Shown: positions 13,336-25,475 of the stretch, in pieces
Position numbering within the stretch: the stretch's first letter is position 1
Layout: every line of letters starts with the position of its first letter
Source: Balanoglossus misakiensis
Lineage: Eukaryota; Animalia; Hemichordata
NCBI GenBank assembly: GCA_040954595.2
Contig: CM082598.2
Coordinates: 5,285,097-5,349,096, forward strand
Direction of reading: 5' to 3'
DNA length: 64,000 nt
The notes under the pieces: model-generated
Told to the model about the DNA's origin: nothing
The model's input: the letters and a program-made list of their open reading frames with translations, nothing else
The model's database searches: none
Translations under genes and position numbers: made by a program

Positions 13336-14533
13336 CTTCGTTTGATTTTTATCTGTTCGTTCTGATTTTCATTTATTAGCCCCATTAAATAACTAAAGAT
13401 AACCATGAACACAGGAAAAGCGCCACAGAGTACAGAAAAGGGTTTATACTACATTTCACAGGTGATTGGCTTTATTCAGTTTCAGGTGCGAGCATCGAGA
13501 GCCAACTTTACAGGAGTTTACTGGAGGACTATGATCGTTTGGCGAGGCCAGTAGAGAACGCCAGTGATGTTGTCATGGTGAACATGTCCCTTTCATTGGT
13601 ACAGTTGCTGTCGGTGGTACGTAGAATTTGATTACTGACCGGGGGTGTACTTCCTATGTGTTACAATGATTTGTTTTAAAATGGGGACCATTTACATCGA
13701 TCTCATGAATATTAATAATCGCATTAATATTCATGAGTGCGACCACCAATTTGTTTTGGCTGGGCAAAACCCTGTGGGGTTTACTACATTTTGGGTGAAA
13801 ATGGCCTAAAAGGGCGACTTAGCTTTGAACGCAGGCTACACACCAGAAGCATATTTTATGAGGGGTACATCCCCGGAATGAGAGCAACACCAAATACTGG
13901 CTACCAATTGGTTGAACGTGTCATGCGTCAGGTAGCCTCATTGGTTACTGCAATAATCTGTTCTCTGTGCTGTTGTTTTTTTTTTCTTCAGGATGATAAA
14001 AATCAGGCAATTACAGTTAGCATTTGGTTATATCAAGTAAGTGATATAAAATGTTTTTTCCGATGAAGTTAGGGTATCAGACATGTAAATTTTTGTAAGA
14101 CAAAAAAACGGAGGTTTGGGGTGTGTAAATGGGAAGTTTCTGAAAAATGCAATGTTTCTGTGAACGGTCAAATCTTATTTGCTCCAGTTTTTACCCCCCC
14201 CCCCCTCCCACCCCTCCCCCACCCCCCCCCCCCCCACACACACACCACCACCACCCACCGAACGCTCATTCACACTGGCAATGTCGACGTTTGCATAACA
14301 GAGTGTTGTTTGCAACGACTCATGACGCATCGATGTCACTGTACTTAGCATCAAATCATTTTGGCTATTTTTGGGAATATGTGAATTGCAGATCTGGAAT
14401 GACTATCGTCTGAGGTGGAACCCGCATGATTATGGTGGTATGAGCTATATCCTGTTACAGGCCAGGGATATTTGGTACCCGGATACTGGCCTTTATATGA
14501 GGTAAGTTTATTTTTTTTCCACCATAACGTTGA

Positions 14534-14680
14534 TATTAGAATCAGTAAAATAATATTCAGTAAAATAATAGAATCAATAAAATAATAGAATCAGCAAAAT
14601 ATTAGAATCAATAAAATAATAGAATCAGTAAAATATTGGAATCAGTAAAATATTACAATCAGTAAAATATTAGAATTACA
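14534..14680. repeat. AT-rich minisatellite (about 17-19 bp, AGAATCAGTAAAATA(A)T)
   Basis: About 8 imperfect tandem units in intron 4 of receptor copy 1. Confidence 0.8.
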
Positions 14681-15967
14681 GTAGTAATGAAATAGAACAG
14701 TGACGTATAAGCTACTTTCAAGGTACTAGTATGTTCTAATTACAACCCTGTTTCAAACAGATTGTAAAACTCGGCTTTCTCTTTTCTTATCCTACAAAGC
14801 GCCAGACAAGCAGAAGAGCAGCACCCGTATGTGATAACCGACTGGTTTCTGCTGCGAATACACTCCGACGGAACGGTCTTCGCACAGTCCCCGCACTGCT
14901 GGGATATCCCCTGCAACCTGGACATCACCCTCTTCCCGAACGACCACCAGCACTGCAAGATCGCCGTCGGCCAGTGGTCGGTCGCACACCTCGGAGCAGG
15001 TCGACTACGTGTCCGTCTTCCACGTCGTCATGAAGGAGCTCTATATTCCCAGCAACTCGTGGGAGTTCACCGGCTCCGTGGTGCATAAGGATTACAGCTA
15101 CGACATCCACTCGGGCGGGCCGTACGCTTACATCAGCTTCAGTCTCTTCCTGGACAGGAAGCCGCTGTTCTATTTCCTCAACCTGACCATTCCCGCCATG
15201 CTACTGGCCGTCCTGTCCACCCTGGTGTTCTACTTCCCGCCAAATTCACCCGAGAAAATACCGCACGGCTTGTCCGTCCTGTTAACCATCTTCATCTTCG
15301 ATATCCTGGTGATCGACATCATGCCCGCCAGCTCAGACAACATCCCCGTAGCCTCCAAGTACCTCTTCACCAACATGATCCTAACCGTCCTGTGCATCAT
15401 ATTCTCCGCCGTGCTGAGGAGCATGTACCACATGGAGGGACGCTTCTGCAGCCGCAAAAAGGCCGCGCTGGTCTTCATAGCATCACTCCTCTGGGTCCCG
15501 GTCAAGTGTCGAGGGGTCCACAAACGACGGGAGTTCGATGCCAAACTGGGGGTGCGACTGAAGGACTACGACAGGCCGCACTCGAAACTGTGCGACAAAG
15601 ACGGCAACTGCCGGCCGCTGTCCGGAGACTTTGGGCACAAAGCCGAGATCAGACTACTAAACGATAAAATCGAGGCGATTCAGAGAAAGTTTGAGTCTGA
15701 TACAGTCAAAGATGACATATTGGTGAGTTTCTTACGTTTTAAGGAAAAGGGAGGTCTAAGTGAACTTTTACATGTGCTATTCCTTGTTCATGAACTAAAG
15801 CTATATACGAAGACATAATAAATTTCCAAGACCCAACATGCAGATATTGAAATCAATTTGCATATCTCCTACTAATCTAAATCAACGTTATGTCAATCGA
15901 ATACAAAATGTTGCAGATTGGGTTTTACTGACAATGGTGGCGCTTCCGGTTTCCGAACTATTGATAG

Positions 15968-16122
15968 CTGGCGGGTTTAGTCTCGGTTACCCAGACCCCC
16001 CTGCTTCTTCCGTTGGGCACTCCAGAAAGAGGGTCTGGGGGAAACCCCATAGAAAACTCTCTTTCTGGAGTGCCCAACGGAAGAAGCAGGGGGGTCTGGG
16101 TAACCGAGACTACTGGCGGGTT
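15968..16122. mobile_element. 135-bp hairpin element with TAG...CTA ends and 10-bp target duplication
   Basis: CTGGCGGGTT [TAGTCTCGGTTACCCAGACC...GGTCTGGGTAACCGAGACTA, 15978-16112] CTGGCGGGTT, with arms of about 54 bp that match perfectly. Confidence 0.9.
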
Positions 16123-17622
16123 ATATTACTGAAATCTGTATTTTTATTCTCTTTTTAGGACAGTGATTGGAAGTTGCTGGCTTACGTATTGAACCGGGCA
16201 TCCTTCATCGTCCTGATGTGCATGAGCGTCGGCCTATCACTTTGGAATGTTCTGGTTGGGGTCATGGTTCATCCGGAAGAAACCGAACATGGAGGCTAGG
16301 CATTGTGGGAATCGCTCGTGATACCGGAAGTCTCCCTCTGATCCTGCTGTTGAGAGCGCACGATCGGGTAACTTTCAAAGGCGACAGGGTAATTTAAAAC
16401 AACTGGGCGATCGAGAGCTACTCAGAAATTATGCAAGAATCATTCCAAAGAGAGTTCGGTAACCCCGCACTCTATACCAAGATGCGTGCGTAAAGCCATA
16501 TGCAGCCATCTTGACAGACGGCCTTGATGAGTTAAACGTAAATAGAACGCGACATAACTCCGCGACATCTGCCCCCGAGTTGAGTCGAGCCAAGTTATTT
16601 TCACGTCAGACGCGATGTATTCTACAACTACAGTACTTTCATAGGGGCAGCATGGGCGGAGTTTTTCTTTTACTATTGAACACGATTACACAGAGAATAG
16701 CTCGAAGGTTTTATTTTAACACACTTTCAAAATTGATTATTATCTCATTTACATTTCCCCAGTGAAAATAAGTCCGGTTACAACACACTAATTGGCAGTA
16801 CATATGTAACAATTAAATGACAAATACATGTTATATAACACACAGAAAATGCAGAATTTATCCATATTTCGATATGTAATCTGACCAATCTCAATGTCAT
16901 TGGCGCATTATCTACCAACATTGTTTTTGCTTTGTCCGCAGGGATTTATTGACAAGGCGTGTAGTTTGCATGTGGCTTTTTAATAGTCTTTGGTAAGAAA
17001 ATGACATTTTCAGGCAACCTACGTTAGGTACACAAGTAACATGCTTTCTTAACTTAATGTGGTTCGCAAGGTTGACAAGTTCACAGTTTCTACATCTGCT
17101 GTTAGGGGAGAACCGTTGTATTTCTGGGGGAGGGGATGGAGAATTAGGGGGTGGGTGGCAGATGGTGCGAAGAAAAACATTTTTCTTCTGCAATGCCCTA
17201 AAGAAAAATGTGTGTCAGTAAAGACATTTTCAGTCACTGTTACGGCATTTTTTCTATGTATTGCCAGTCCACATTTCTCTCAAGGCTTTGTAGAAATCAA
17301 ATATTTCTCCCCATAAACACTTTTATATATTGTCTGCATTTTATTGACAGCCTGAATGGGAAGCATGGAAGTTTGTAATTGCTTTGTCAAGTCAACGGTG
17401 TGTTTGCATCATTACAGGCCCATATGTGTTTTTCAAAAGACGATTAAAAACAAAGCTTTTCAACACCTAGAATATCTGATTAATCACTCTTTTGTTACAG
17501 GTCGCGCGGTTTCCTTTCAATTAGGCTGTTCGTGTGTTCCGGGTGTCCGAATTAAGTTGCACGTGCGATATTTCCAAGTAATTTATTCACAGTAGTTACC
17601 AGTTGCTGTATGCGCAACTGGC

Positions 17623-17987
17623 TTAAAGGGACAAAGTCTCTCTCTGGCTACACCCTTCCCATTAATTTTTGTTTGATACAAGACACCGGCTTATGTTATT
17701 CTACATGTGGATATATAGTGAATCAATGTTCAACCACACACAACTTCCATCCAACTTGTAGACACGAGAGTGAAAACTCGCCAAAATGAATAATCGGTGT
17801 TAATTATTTATTCATTTTGGGTGAGTTTTTACTCTCATATTCTACAAACGGGATGGAAGTTGTGTGTGGTCGAACGTTGATTCACTATGTATCCATGCAC
17901 ATGACATGTATATTAACATACACGATGTCTTGTATCAAACATAAGTAATGGGAAAGGGGCAGCGAGAGACAGACTTTGTCCCTTTAA
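17623..17987. mobile_element. MITE family A, full length (about 360 bp fold-back)
   Basis: TTAA-flanked, with long inverted arms covering nearly the whole element. Confidence 0.88.
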
Positions 17988-18836
17988 ATGTATCTCAGTC
18001 TGGTTTATGCTCGATAAATACCAACAAGTTGTCTCCATCCGGTATTTACACACGCCTCATCACAAAAACCAGTGACAATAAAACCGTTAGAATACTTTTG
18101 TTCTTGCCGACACCCTACCCCAGCTTAACTAATGAGTCTTTCCAACCGGTACAGTAGTTTAACGCGCACCTTACGGCCATAGTAAATGATCAAAATCGGG
18201 CGCCATAAAAGTATGGGTTTGTGTGTATGAAGATTGAACGACCATCTGCACATGCGCAATCGTCTCCGCAACAACCGCCAGTTCCTTCTAGTTTTCTATT
18301 GGAGACTGACATGACAATCTATACATTAGTGAAAACGCAAATTCACCTCGCCCATTATCAAAACACACGTGTCTCCACCGTCGTTCGGTTCCCAAGTTAT
18401 TATTAAGAAAACAAGACACATTTCATTCCTCACGAAATCAGCCGGTTTGTTCGAAACACCTCTCTGAATTAAAAATATCCGATTCCTGCGTATAAACCCG
18501 GCGATCGTGGTCTATGATACATGCTGAAGATATTTCACTCTTGAAATTGTCGTTTAATATCTCAGGGTTAACATTACATCGCACTAAATTTGCGACCAGG
18601 GTATTTATTGCGTCACTAGGATACGAGTGTCCGATTATACTAATTAAAAAAATAATTACCCTGATTCCGTGACCTGTCCTATTCGATAAACCCTCTTGCC
18701 CAAAGAGATTATCAAAGTCATTATACATTCATAATCTGGCCAAGATGACACGCTGTTTTCGCCTGTGTGTGAAGCGGCCATTGTAATCAGCTGAATCTGG
18801 GACACGACAGGGTTTTAATGAAAGTTGAACAGAGGA

Positions 18837-21800
18837 ATGAACTACCACGTGATTTTAATTTGTGCCATAGCGACAGCATTGTACAGTTATGGTAAGTTCT
18901 CAGTGTTTTCCTTATCATGGGTGTGTTGTTTGTACTTCCGAATTCAAATTATGGTTGGCCGTAGAGCTTGTTGACAGTGCAGGCCTCATCTAACCCATCT
19001 AACCGTGTTGACAGTAGTTCTGTGCGTTCGCTATACGTTTGTATATGCGCAGTAACGACGTTGATACTCAAGTAAAAGGGCGTGTTTGCTAACCACAGCG
19101 ACTTTGATGATGTGGCAATTTCCCACACGCTACATGACGTTTCTCATAAAAATAAATAACACCAAAGGTTTGATTGCGTAGCAATCCACGGACTGCTAAA
19201 ATATTGCGCCGTTTATATACTGGTACTTCTTTGTATAGGAAGGCAGATATATTTGTATAGGACAACAAAAATTCTGTGCACTTGGAGTTATAACATGGTG
19301 TATTCACGTAGCAGTTTATTGCTGTCTTTTCGGTCATTTTATTCTATGAAAAGTGATATTGTTATAATTGCTGCGGATTCGCATTTACACAGGTATTGTG
19401 CACCTATCGAGTGTTCCACGTACGTCATTCCGGCCTGAATCACTGGTAACACCCATGAAATTTCTTGTTTCCAACGTAAAACCTAGAAAATACAAGTCAG
19501 GATTTAAGCCCGGTCTGTAGAACCTGGGACTAGTATACCTTACAAGGTATATTCGTCTCAGATAGAACACATAGGTCCACATAACTGTTACAGTATAGTA
19601 TTTTCGCAGCAATGAATTTGCCACAGGCCTTTCCATGCTGACACGGCCCAGTGTAGCAGGACATTCAATAAGGTCTCAATGACCCGCTACAAAAGGCGAC
19701 AACAAATCTGCCAAGCTCCGAGAACATGTCACTGTGATCATCAAGATTCGTTATTTTACTGGAAACCGAATAGGAACCTTAAGATTTTAAAATTACCAGT
19801 TGTTTTTCTTACAGAAAAATCTCCGTCCACCATAAATTGTTACCCGACAATATAAGCTATTTTCATTAGGAATTGGAAAAAAAAACTCAAGCTCTCACAT
19901 TTTTACCATGGAAGTTTATGCATCATAATTACGGTTATTTTCAGACCAGAACATCTCTGCAAAAATCATTCCATACATCCACCATAGTTTATTTCAGATT
20001 GTTACTTCATACAATTCTTTATTTAGTTGTATTCTTGTCGTTCTCATCTTTGTTGGCTGCAGATGACGTCACAGTGTCTTGCACAACAGCAGAGGACAGT
20101 TTACATGAAGTACTGTTCGACAAGTACAACCCTCAGGTCAGACCGGTTCGAGATGGTAACAATGTCGTCAGGGTTAACATGTCGATGTCCCTGGTACAGT
20201 TATTGCGAGTGGTGAGTAAGTCCTGTGCTTCGGGCTCCATTTTCTGTTGATATTTTTTTTATTGTTTGTTTGTTTGTTTGTTTGTTTGTTTGTTTGTTTG
20301 TTTGTTTGTTTGTTCGTTTTGTTTTGTTTTGTTTTGTTTTGTTTTGTTTTGTTTTGTTTTGTTTTGTTTTGTTTTGTTTTGTTTTGTTTTGTTTTGTTTT
20401 GTTTTGTTTTGTTTTGTTTTGTTTTGTTTTGTTTTGTTTTGTTTTGTTTTGTTTTGTTTTGTTTTGTTTTGTTTTGTTTTGTTTTGTTTTGTTTTGTTTT
20501 GTTTTGTTTTGTTTTGTTTTGTTTTGTTTTGGGAGAAGTTTTGAATTCTGCTCAGGGCGTTGTTAGATCTAGAACTCACCACCTTCTAAATACAACACGA
20601 TAGCGAGGGCAATATAATGCATGTATATATTTATTGGCCTAAAGGACAGTAAGTCACTAATAGAATTTTGCATACTTCTGTGAAAGCCCCAGTAACTCTA
20701 AGTTTTGTCTGGTTGTATTTTTCAGTATTTTTCTCCCATGTTTATATGTTTTCCTTTCTACTCAGTACTCTGGATAGATTTATGAAATGTCCAGTCTTTA
20801 GCTTTTCAACAAAAACCAAACCAACCGAGTAAACTCAAAATGGCCGACGGAATGGGCTCGGGGGAAGCGTGTTATTTTGGTGACTCACATGCATGCCCAA
20901 GGGGGGGGAGGGTGACGTCACTATTACTCATGCGCAGTCAACATGTGTTTTCCAACACTGAGAATGTATCACTTAGGCATCCTTCAGCTGAAAAAAATGT
21001 CTTTATTTCTTCGTGTGCGCACAGGAATTCAGCAAATTTCGGGTTATTTGTGATTTCAATACTGGAGATGGTCAACATGATGAAACCGTATCACAACGAA
21101 TGCTGATTCAAAACAACCCACTTTCCACGTTGTTATCACCGTCAAAATCTAATTATATTTACTCCACTGGGCAAGATAAAACCACCCAATTAAATTGTCA
21201 ATTCTAGTGATCGCATTCTGTTACCTTGACCGGCACTATTAATTCCAATTACAATATGCTCAGTCATATTGTGGGTCTGTTTCACAATTTGCATAATTGG
21301 CATAATCTGTTCCGATAAAACTGTATCAAGTTAAAAGTTAACATTCAATATTTTTGTTTTTTGTACCTACAACATTTTCTAACTCAAATCTCTTATGTTG
21401 AAGTGACAAGTATTTGACTCGTCAACAAAGTCTATATGTTTAGAGTCAACATTGCTATTGCGTGAATTTAAATTCAAATTAATTTGTGAACTGTAACCAT
21501 AGTGAGGGCGCATATGCAGGCTATAATGTCAAGCAGGGTACTGGGCATGTTGTATGGAATTGAATAGAAATACATGATTTGATACAAAGAACAGAAGTCC
21601 CCGAAAAAGTGTCAATATATCCATAAGTTGCATTTTAAAATTAATGCCTCTTTAATATGTAATATTTTCTCTCGTTTCTTTGTTTAGGATGACAAAGAAC
21701 AAGTGATCACCGTTAACGTGTGGCTCTATCAGGTAATGGACCGATTTCTGTATAACATATCATTTGATTGGTGCATTTTGATCTTTGACCTCTGAACCCG

Positions 21801-24065
21801 CACTATGACGTCACAGGTGACTTTATTATATCGCTTTTCTCCGCTGATATTTTCACAGATGTGGCATGATTACCGTTTATCGTGGGATCCCCATGACTAC
21901 GAGAACATAAGCTATATTCTCGCCAAAGCTGGAAACATTTGGTATCCAGACACAAGTTTGTATACAAGGTATTGTGTTTTTTCACTTTAAAGGGGGAATG
22001 TCGCCTGAGCTGCGCATGCGTTACTTTTTGTTTATGAATACACCGCCAGCATTGACCCCACTGTTCCGGGAGAGCATGTCAACCGGTACATGTTATCATA
22101 GTAACTTGGAGATGTGATAAAAAAGTAATAATGATGCGTTTTTGTCCTGATGTACAGTGAAATACAAAGTATAACAGCCGTATTGTTTGACATGATGTAG
22201 TTATGTCTGACAAAAAACACAAAAACACAGTTGATTCTCATCACAAAAATACTACAGAAATGGCCAAAAGTATATACGAGTGATTTGAGATTAAAATTAA
22301 AGGAAGTGTTACCAGTGTGTGTAAAACTGTCAATGTATTTCTCAGTTCTGATCAGGCGTCACAGAGACACCCTTACGTCATCATCGACTCCTTCCGCCTG
22401 CGGATCGAGTCGGACGGCACCGTGTTCGCGCAGACTCCGTGCAACTGGAACATCCCCTGCAACATGGACGTCAGCAACTTCCCCAACGACAAGCAGCGCT
22501 GCGACATCTCCGTGGGCATGTGGTCGCACACCGCCCTGCAGGTGGACTGCCACCCGATCTCCGGGGAGGTTGCCAAGGAGCTGTACACGCCCAGCAACGA
22601 CTGGGTGGTGACGTCCACCTCCGTGAACAAAGATTACAGCCACGATATCTACGGGAACGGACCCTTTGCCTACGTGGATTTCACCCTGTTCCTGAACAGG
22701 AAGCCATTGTTCTATCTCTTGAATCTATGCATCCCCTCCGTTCTGCTCTCCTTTCTGTCGACGCTGATATTCTACTTCCCCCCAGACTCAGCTGACAAAG
22801 TCCCCCACGGGTTGTCAGTCCTCCTGACCATCTTCATCTTCGATATCCTCGTCATCGACATCATGCCGCCCAGTTCGGACCACATCCCCACCACCACCAT
22901 CTACCTCTTCACCAACATGATCACCACGGGGGTGTCCATCATCCTCTCCGCGGGGATCATCGACATGCACCGGTGGAAGGGCGACCTGCGCGGCTGGAGG
23001 AGGGACCTCCTCCTCTGGGTGGCCTCCGCGCTCAAGGTCTCCATGGAGTCGGTGGCCGCCAAGAAGCTGCTGCGTCGCAACACCAGGCAGTCCCGCGCCG
23101 TGCGCCTCAAGAACTACACGGGGATCAGCCCAGAGCGGGGAAACGGCTACAGGAACACGGTGATGTCGAATCACGAAGATGGAACAAGTGGTGTACAACG
23201 CAAGCAGTATGACATCAAAGCTGTCTTGAAGCACCTGGAAAAAGTAGAATCGAAACTAGAAGAGTTGGCCAACAAAGACAACGTTGTTAAAATTGTGAGT
23301 AATGTCTGCGCGTACTGTTTGTATAGAGCCTGATTAAAACGGTGCGGCACCGTTTTAATACTTGGTGTTTTCAAATTGCAACATACAGCCCAAATCGGGC
23401 ATCGATAACGTGTTCATGTAGATACCAATCAGTAAGCTTATTTAGATGGACCAATTTAAGTTGGAAAATGAAATCATTAAAATAATGCAAAAAGTGGCAG
23501 CTCTAGAGGCTTTAAGATCGAACTTTTGTAATAACGACTGGGTTAGCTGCGATACTTGTAGCCTTTGTGGGCTGGTAATTGGGTGACTGGATGGCCCACA
23601 ACCAGCCCACCAAGGCTACAGAATTATTGCAGAGACGACTAGTTGGATTTCTGTTGCTCATCAATGTAACAAATATACATAAGGAAACCGATCTTTCACG
23701 GGCGCCATTTTAACACCTGTAACTTTTCGCTATGATTTCTGTCTTTGGTTTTGTATATCTACTTCAGTTTCTTGTTCGTATTCCTGAAACATGATGTAAT
23801 GTCCAGCATTTAGAATATCGACACAACATATATGTGCATTGTCAGTATTGTTATTGCGCAAAATTTGAATTCAAGTCCGGACTAGAATTCGTTCGTCAAC
23901 ACAATAATGTCCCTTTAATGTCATTCGCAGGATAGCGACTGGAAACTGCTCGCCTACGTCCTGAACAAGATCTGCTTCATCATCGTCCTCTGCATCGTCA
24001 TCACTACGTCGATTTGGACATTCCTCGCCGGCGTTAATAGTGAACACGACCCCACAGATCACTGA
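18837..24065 (+). CDS. Divergent nicotinic-type (non-alpha) Cys-loop ligand-gated ion channel subunit, copy 2, intact
   Basis: Exons 18837-18891, 20063-20211, 21688-21732 (45 nt), 21859-21968 (110 nt), 22346-23294, 23931-24065. Signal peptide, YNPQVRPV, WHDYRLSW, WYPD, Cys-loop CNMDVSNFPNDKQRC, RKPLFY-M1, M2, M3 and DWKLLAYVLNK-M4. No vicinal cysteines in loop C. Confidence 0.92.
20262..20531. repeat. Compound (TTTG)n/(TTTTG)n microsatellite
   Basis: Visible tract in intron 2 of receptor copy 2. Confidence 0.95.
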
Positions 24066-24079
24066 AGCTAGCGGTTCGT

Positions 24080-24228
24080 ATAGTCACAGTAGACTCTCTC
24101 ACAGCCCACGGTTCGCTACAAGGCTCTTCACTGATGCGCCCTCAACTGTTTAGCAAAGGAGAAGCCCCAAATGGTGCTGTGTAGCCTGCATGGACGAGAG
24201 GGGCTGAGAGAGAGTCTAATAGTCACAG
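24080..24228. mobile_element. 129-bp element with TAG...CTA ends and 10-bp target duplication, in the 3' UTR of receptor copy 2
   Basis: ATAGTCACAG [TAGACTCTCTC.CAGCCC...GGGCTG.GAGAGAGTCTA, 24090-24218] ATAGTCACAG. Confidence 0.85.
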
Positions 24229-25460
24229 CTGCATGGCAACCATCCACGCGCCGTACCACCACAGAAATCAGATTTCCACCAAATTCAAGATTACATGCCG
24301 CCGAGGTTTCATACAGCGAACTCTTCATCGACACGTTTTTCACTCTCGTTTGTAGCGTTTTTATAAGACCGTCGGCCGTACATACAAGTGCTGGTTTAGC
24401 CGAGTTGAAGCGAGAAATATATTGTTGTGAACGTATGGGACTAACACTGTAGAAATATCATAGGGCCTGATTAAAAGATGCAAAATAAAAACAATTACCA
24501 AACCTTTTTTCTGACTATATCGTAAGACAGATCACTATATACATTTTATTCAAAACCGGTCAAAAACGTTGTAACTGATCAATTTTTCGACGTTCGTGTG
24601 CGGGCGCTATGTCATCTTATCTTCATATGAGAAGGCGAATGAATAATGTCAAGTTAGGATACCTATGGTTTTACAAGCGGACGTCAAGATTTTATTCCCA
24701 GTTTTATATATCATTCATGAATACCATACGAGAATAAACATTACTGTACGGACGGCAATGACGGGGCAATTGTATTTTTGTTACAAAACACAAGAAACTA
24801 TAAGCGTAGTACTTCCATGTGACCCAACATATTCACATTCAACACCTTCTCGCTCCGATACAGACAAAGAGTTGAAATGTTTGGAGGAGTACCATTTTTC
24901 TGAAAATCTGTCCCAGAGGCACATGCTACCTTATATTAACGCGTCACACAATTTTGGAATAATTCATGCGAACGAGATTTGAATTCATGAATGGTCTCAC
25001 CAGATGACATCATCATATACCCCGGTCGCACCCACTGTTCGTCATGTTTGCTTTATTCGAACATCCGATGGGCACAACTATATGACTTTCTCACTCTCCG
25101 GCTGGTAGAACAAATATGGCTCGGCCTTTTCACATTTTACTGGTATGATGTAACTATCCTAAAATAGTTCAATTCATGTTATATAATCATTTTCATCCTG
25201 CCAATATAATGCCACTGGCCTATGCCTTGGGAAAATTGAAAAAGATCCTCTCTTTTTTTACGTAACGACCCTCAGTCGCTTGCTATATGGTATGCGCAGG
25301 GCGTTTGACAACCCTTTGTTATGTCATCTAATGAAATGAGCCTTATTTCTTGCCACCATCGGAAAGAGGAAAGACTTGGCGTAAAACTATTGTCCAATTA
25401 AATCTCAAATCCCCCAAGCTGTCTATTCGTATAAGCTTGCATGCTGAAAGCTGTCAGATA

Positions 25461-25475
25461 GAGCGCCCTCTAGCG
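25461..25475 (-). promoter_or_regulatory. CTCF-like motif
   Basis: Reverse complement CGCTAGAGGGCGCTC resembles the CTCF core; lies between the receptor pair and the PLD 5' region. Confidence 0.35.

Larger units (their letters stand above)
11739..16299 (+). pseudogene. Divergent nicotinic-type Cys-loop ligand-gated ion channel subunit, copy 1; frameshifted in exon 5 as assembled
   Basis: Exons 11739-11805, 13462-13616, 13992-14036, 14392-14501, 14800-15722, 16159-16299. Signal peptide, WNDYRLRW, WYPD, Cys-loop CNLDITLFPNDHQHC and M1-M4 are present. GTCGGTCG at 14977-14984 (4-bp duplication relative to the paralog) shifts the frame to a TAA at 15086-15088. Could be a null allele or an assembly error. 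Confidence 0.8.

Noticed and set aside
14960-15010. Programmed frameshift or micro-intron rescuing receptor copy 1
   Set aside because: No slippery sequence is present, and the paralog aligns codon for codon once 4 nt are removed, leaving no room for an intron.
20225-20603. ORFs of repeated FVLFC / NKTKQ
   Set aside because: Translations of the TTTTG microsatellite; the same applies to ORFs over the CT, ATTT and TG tracts.
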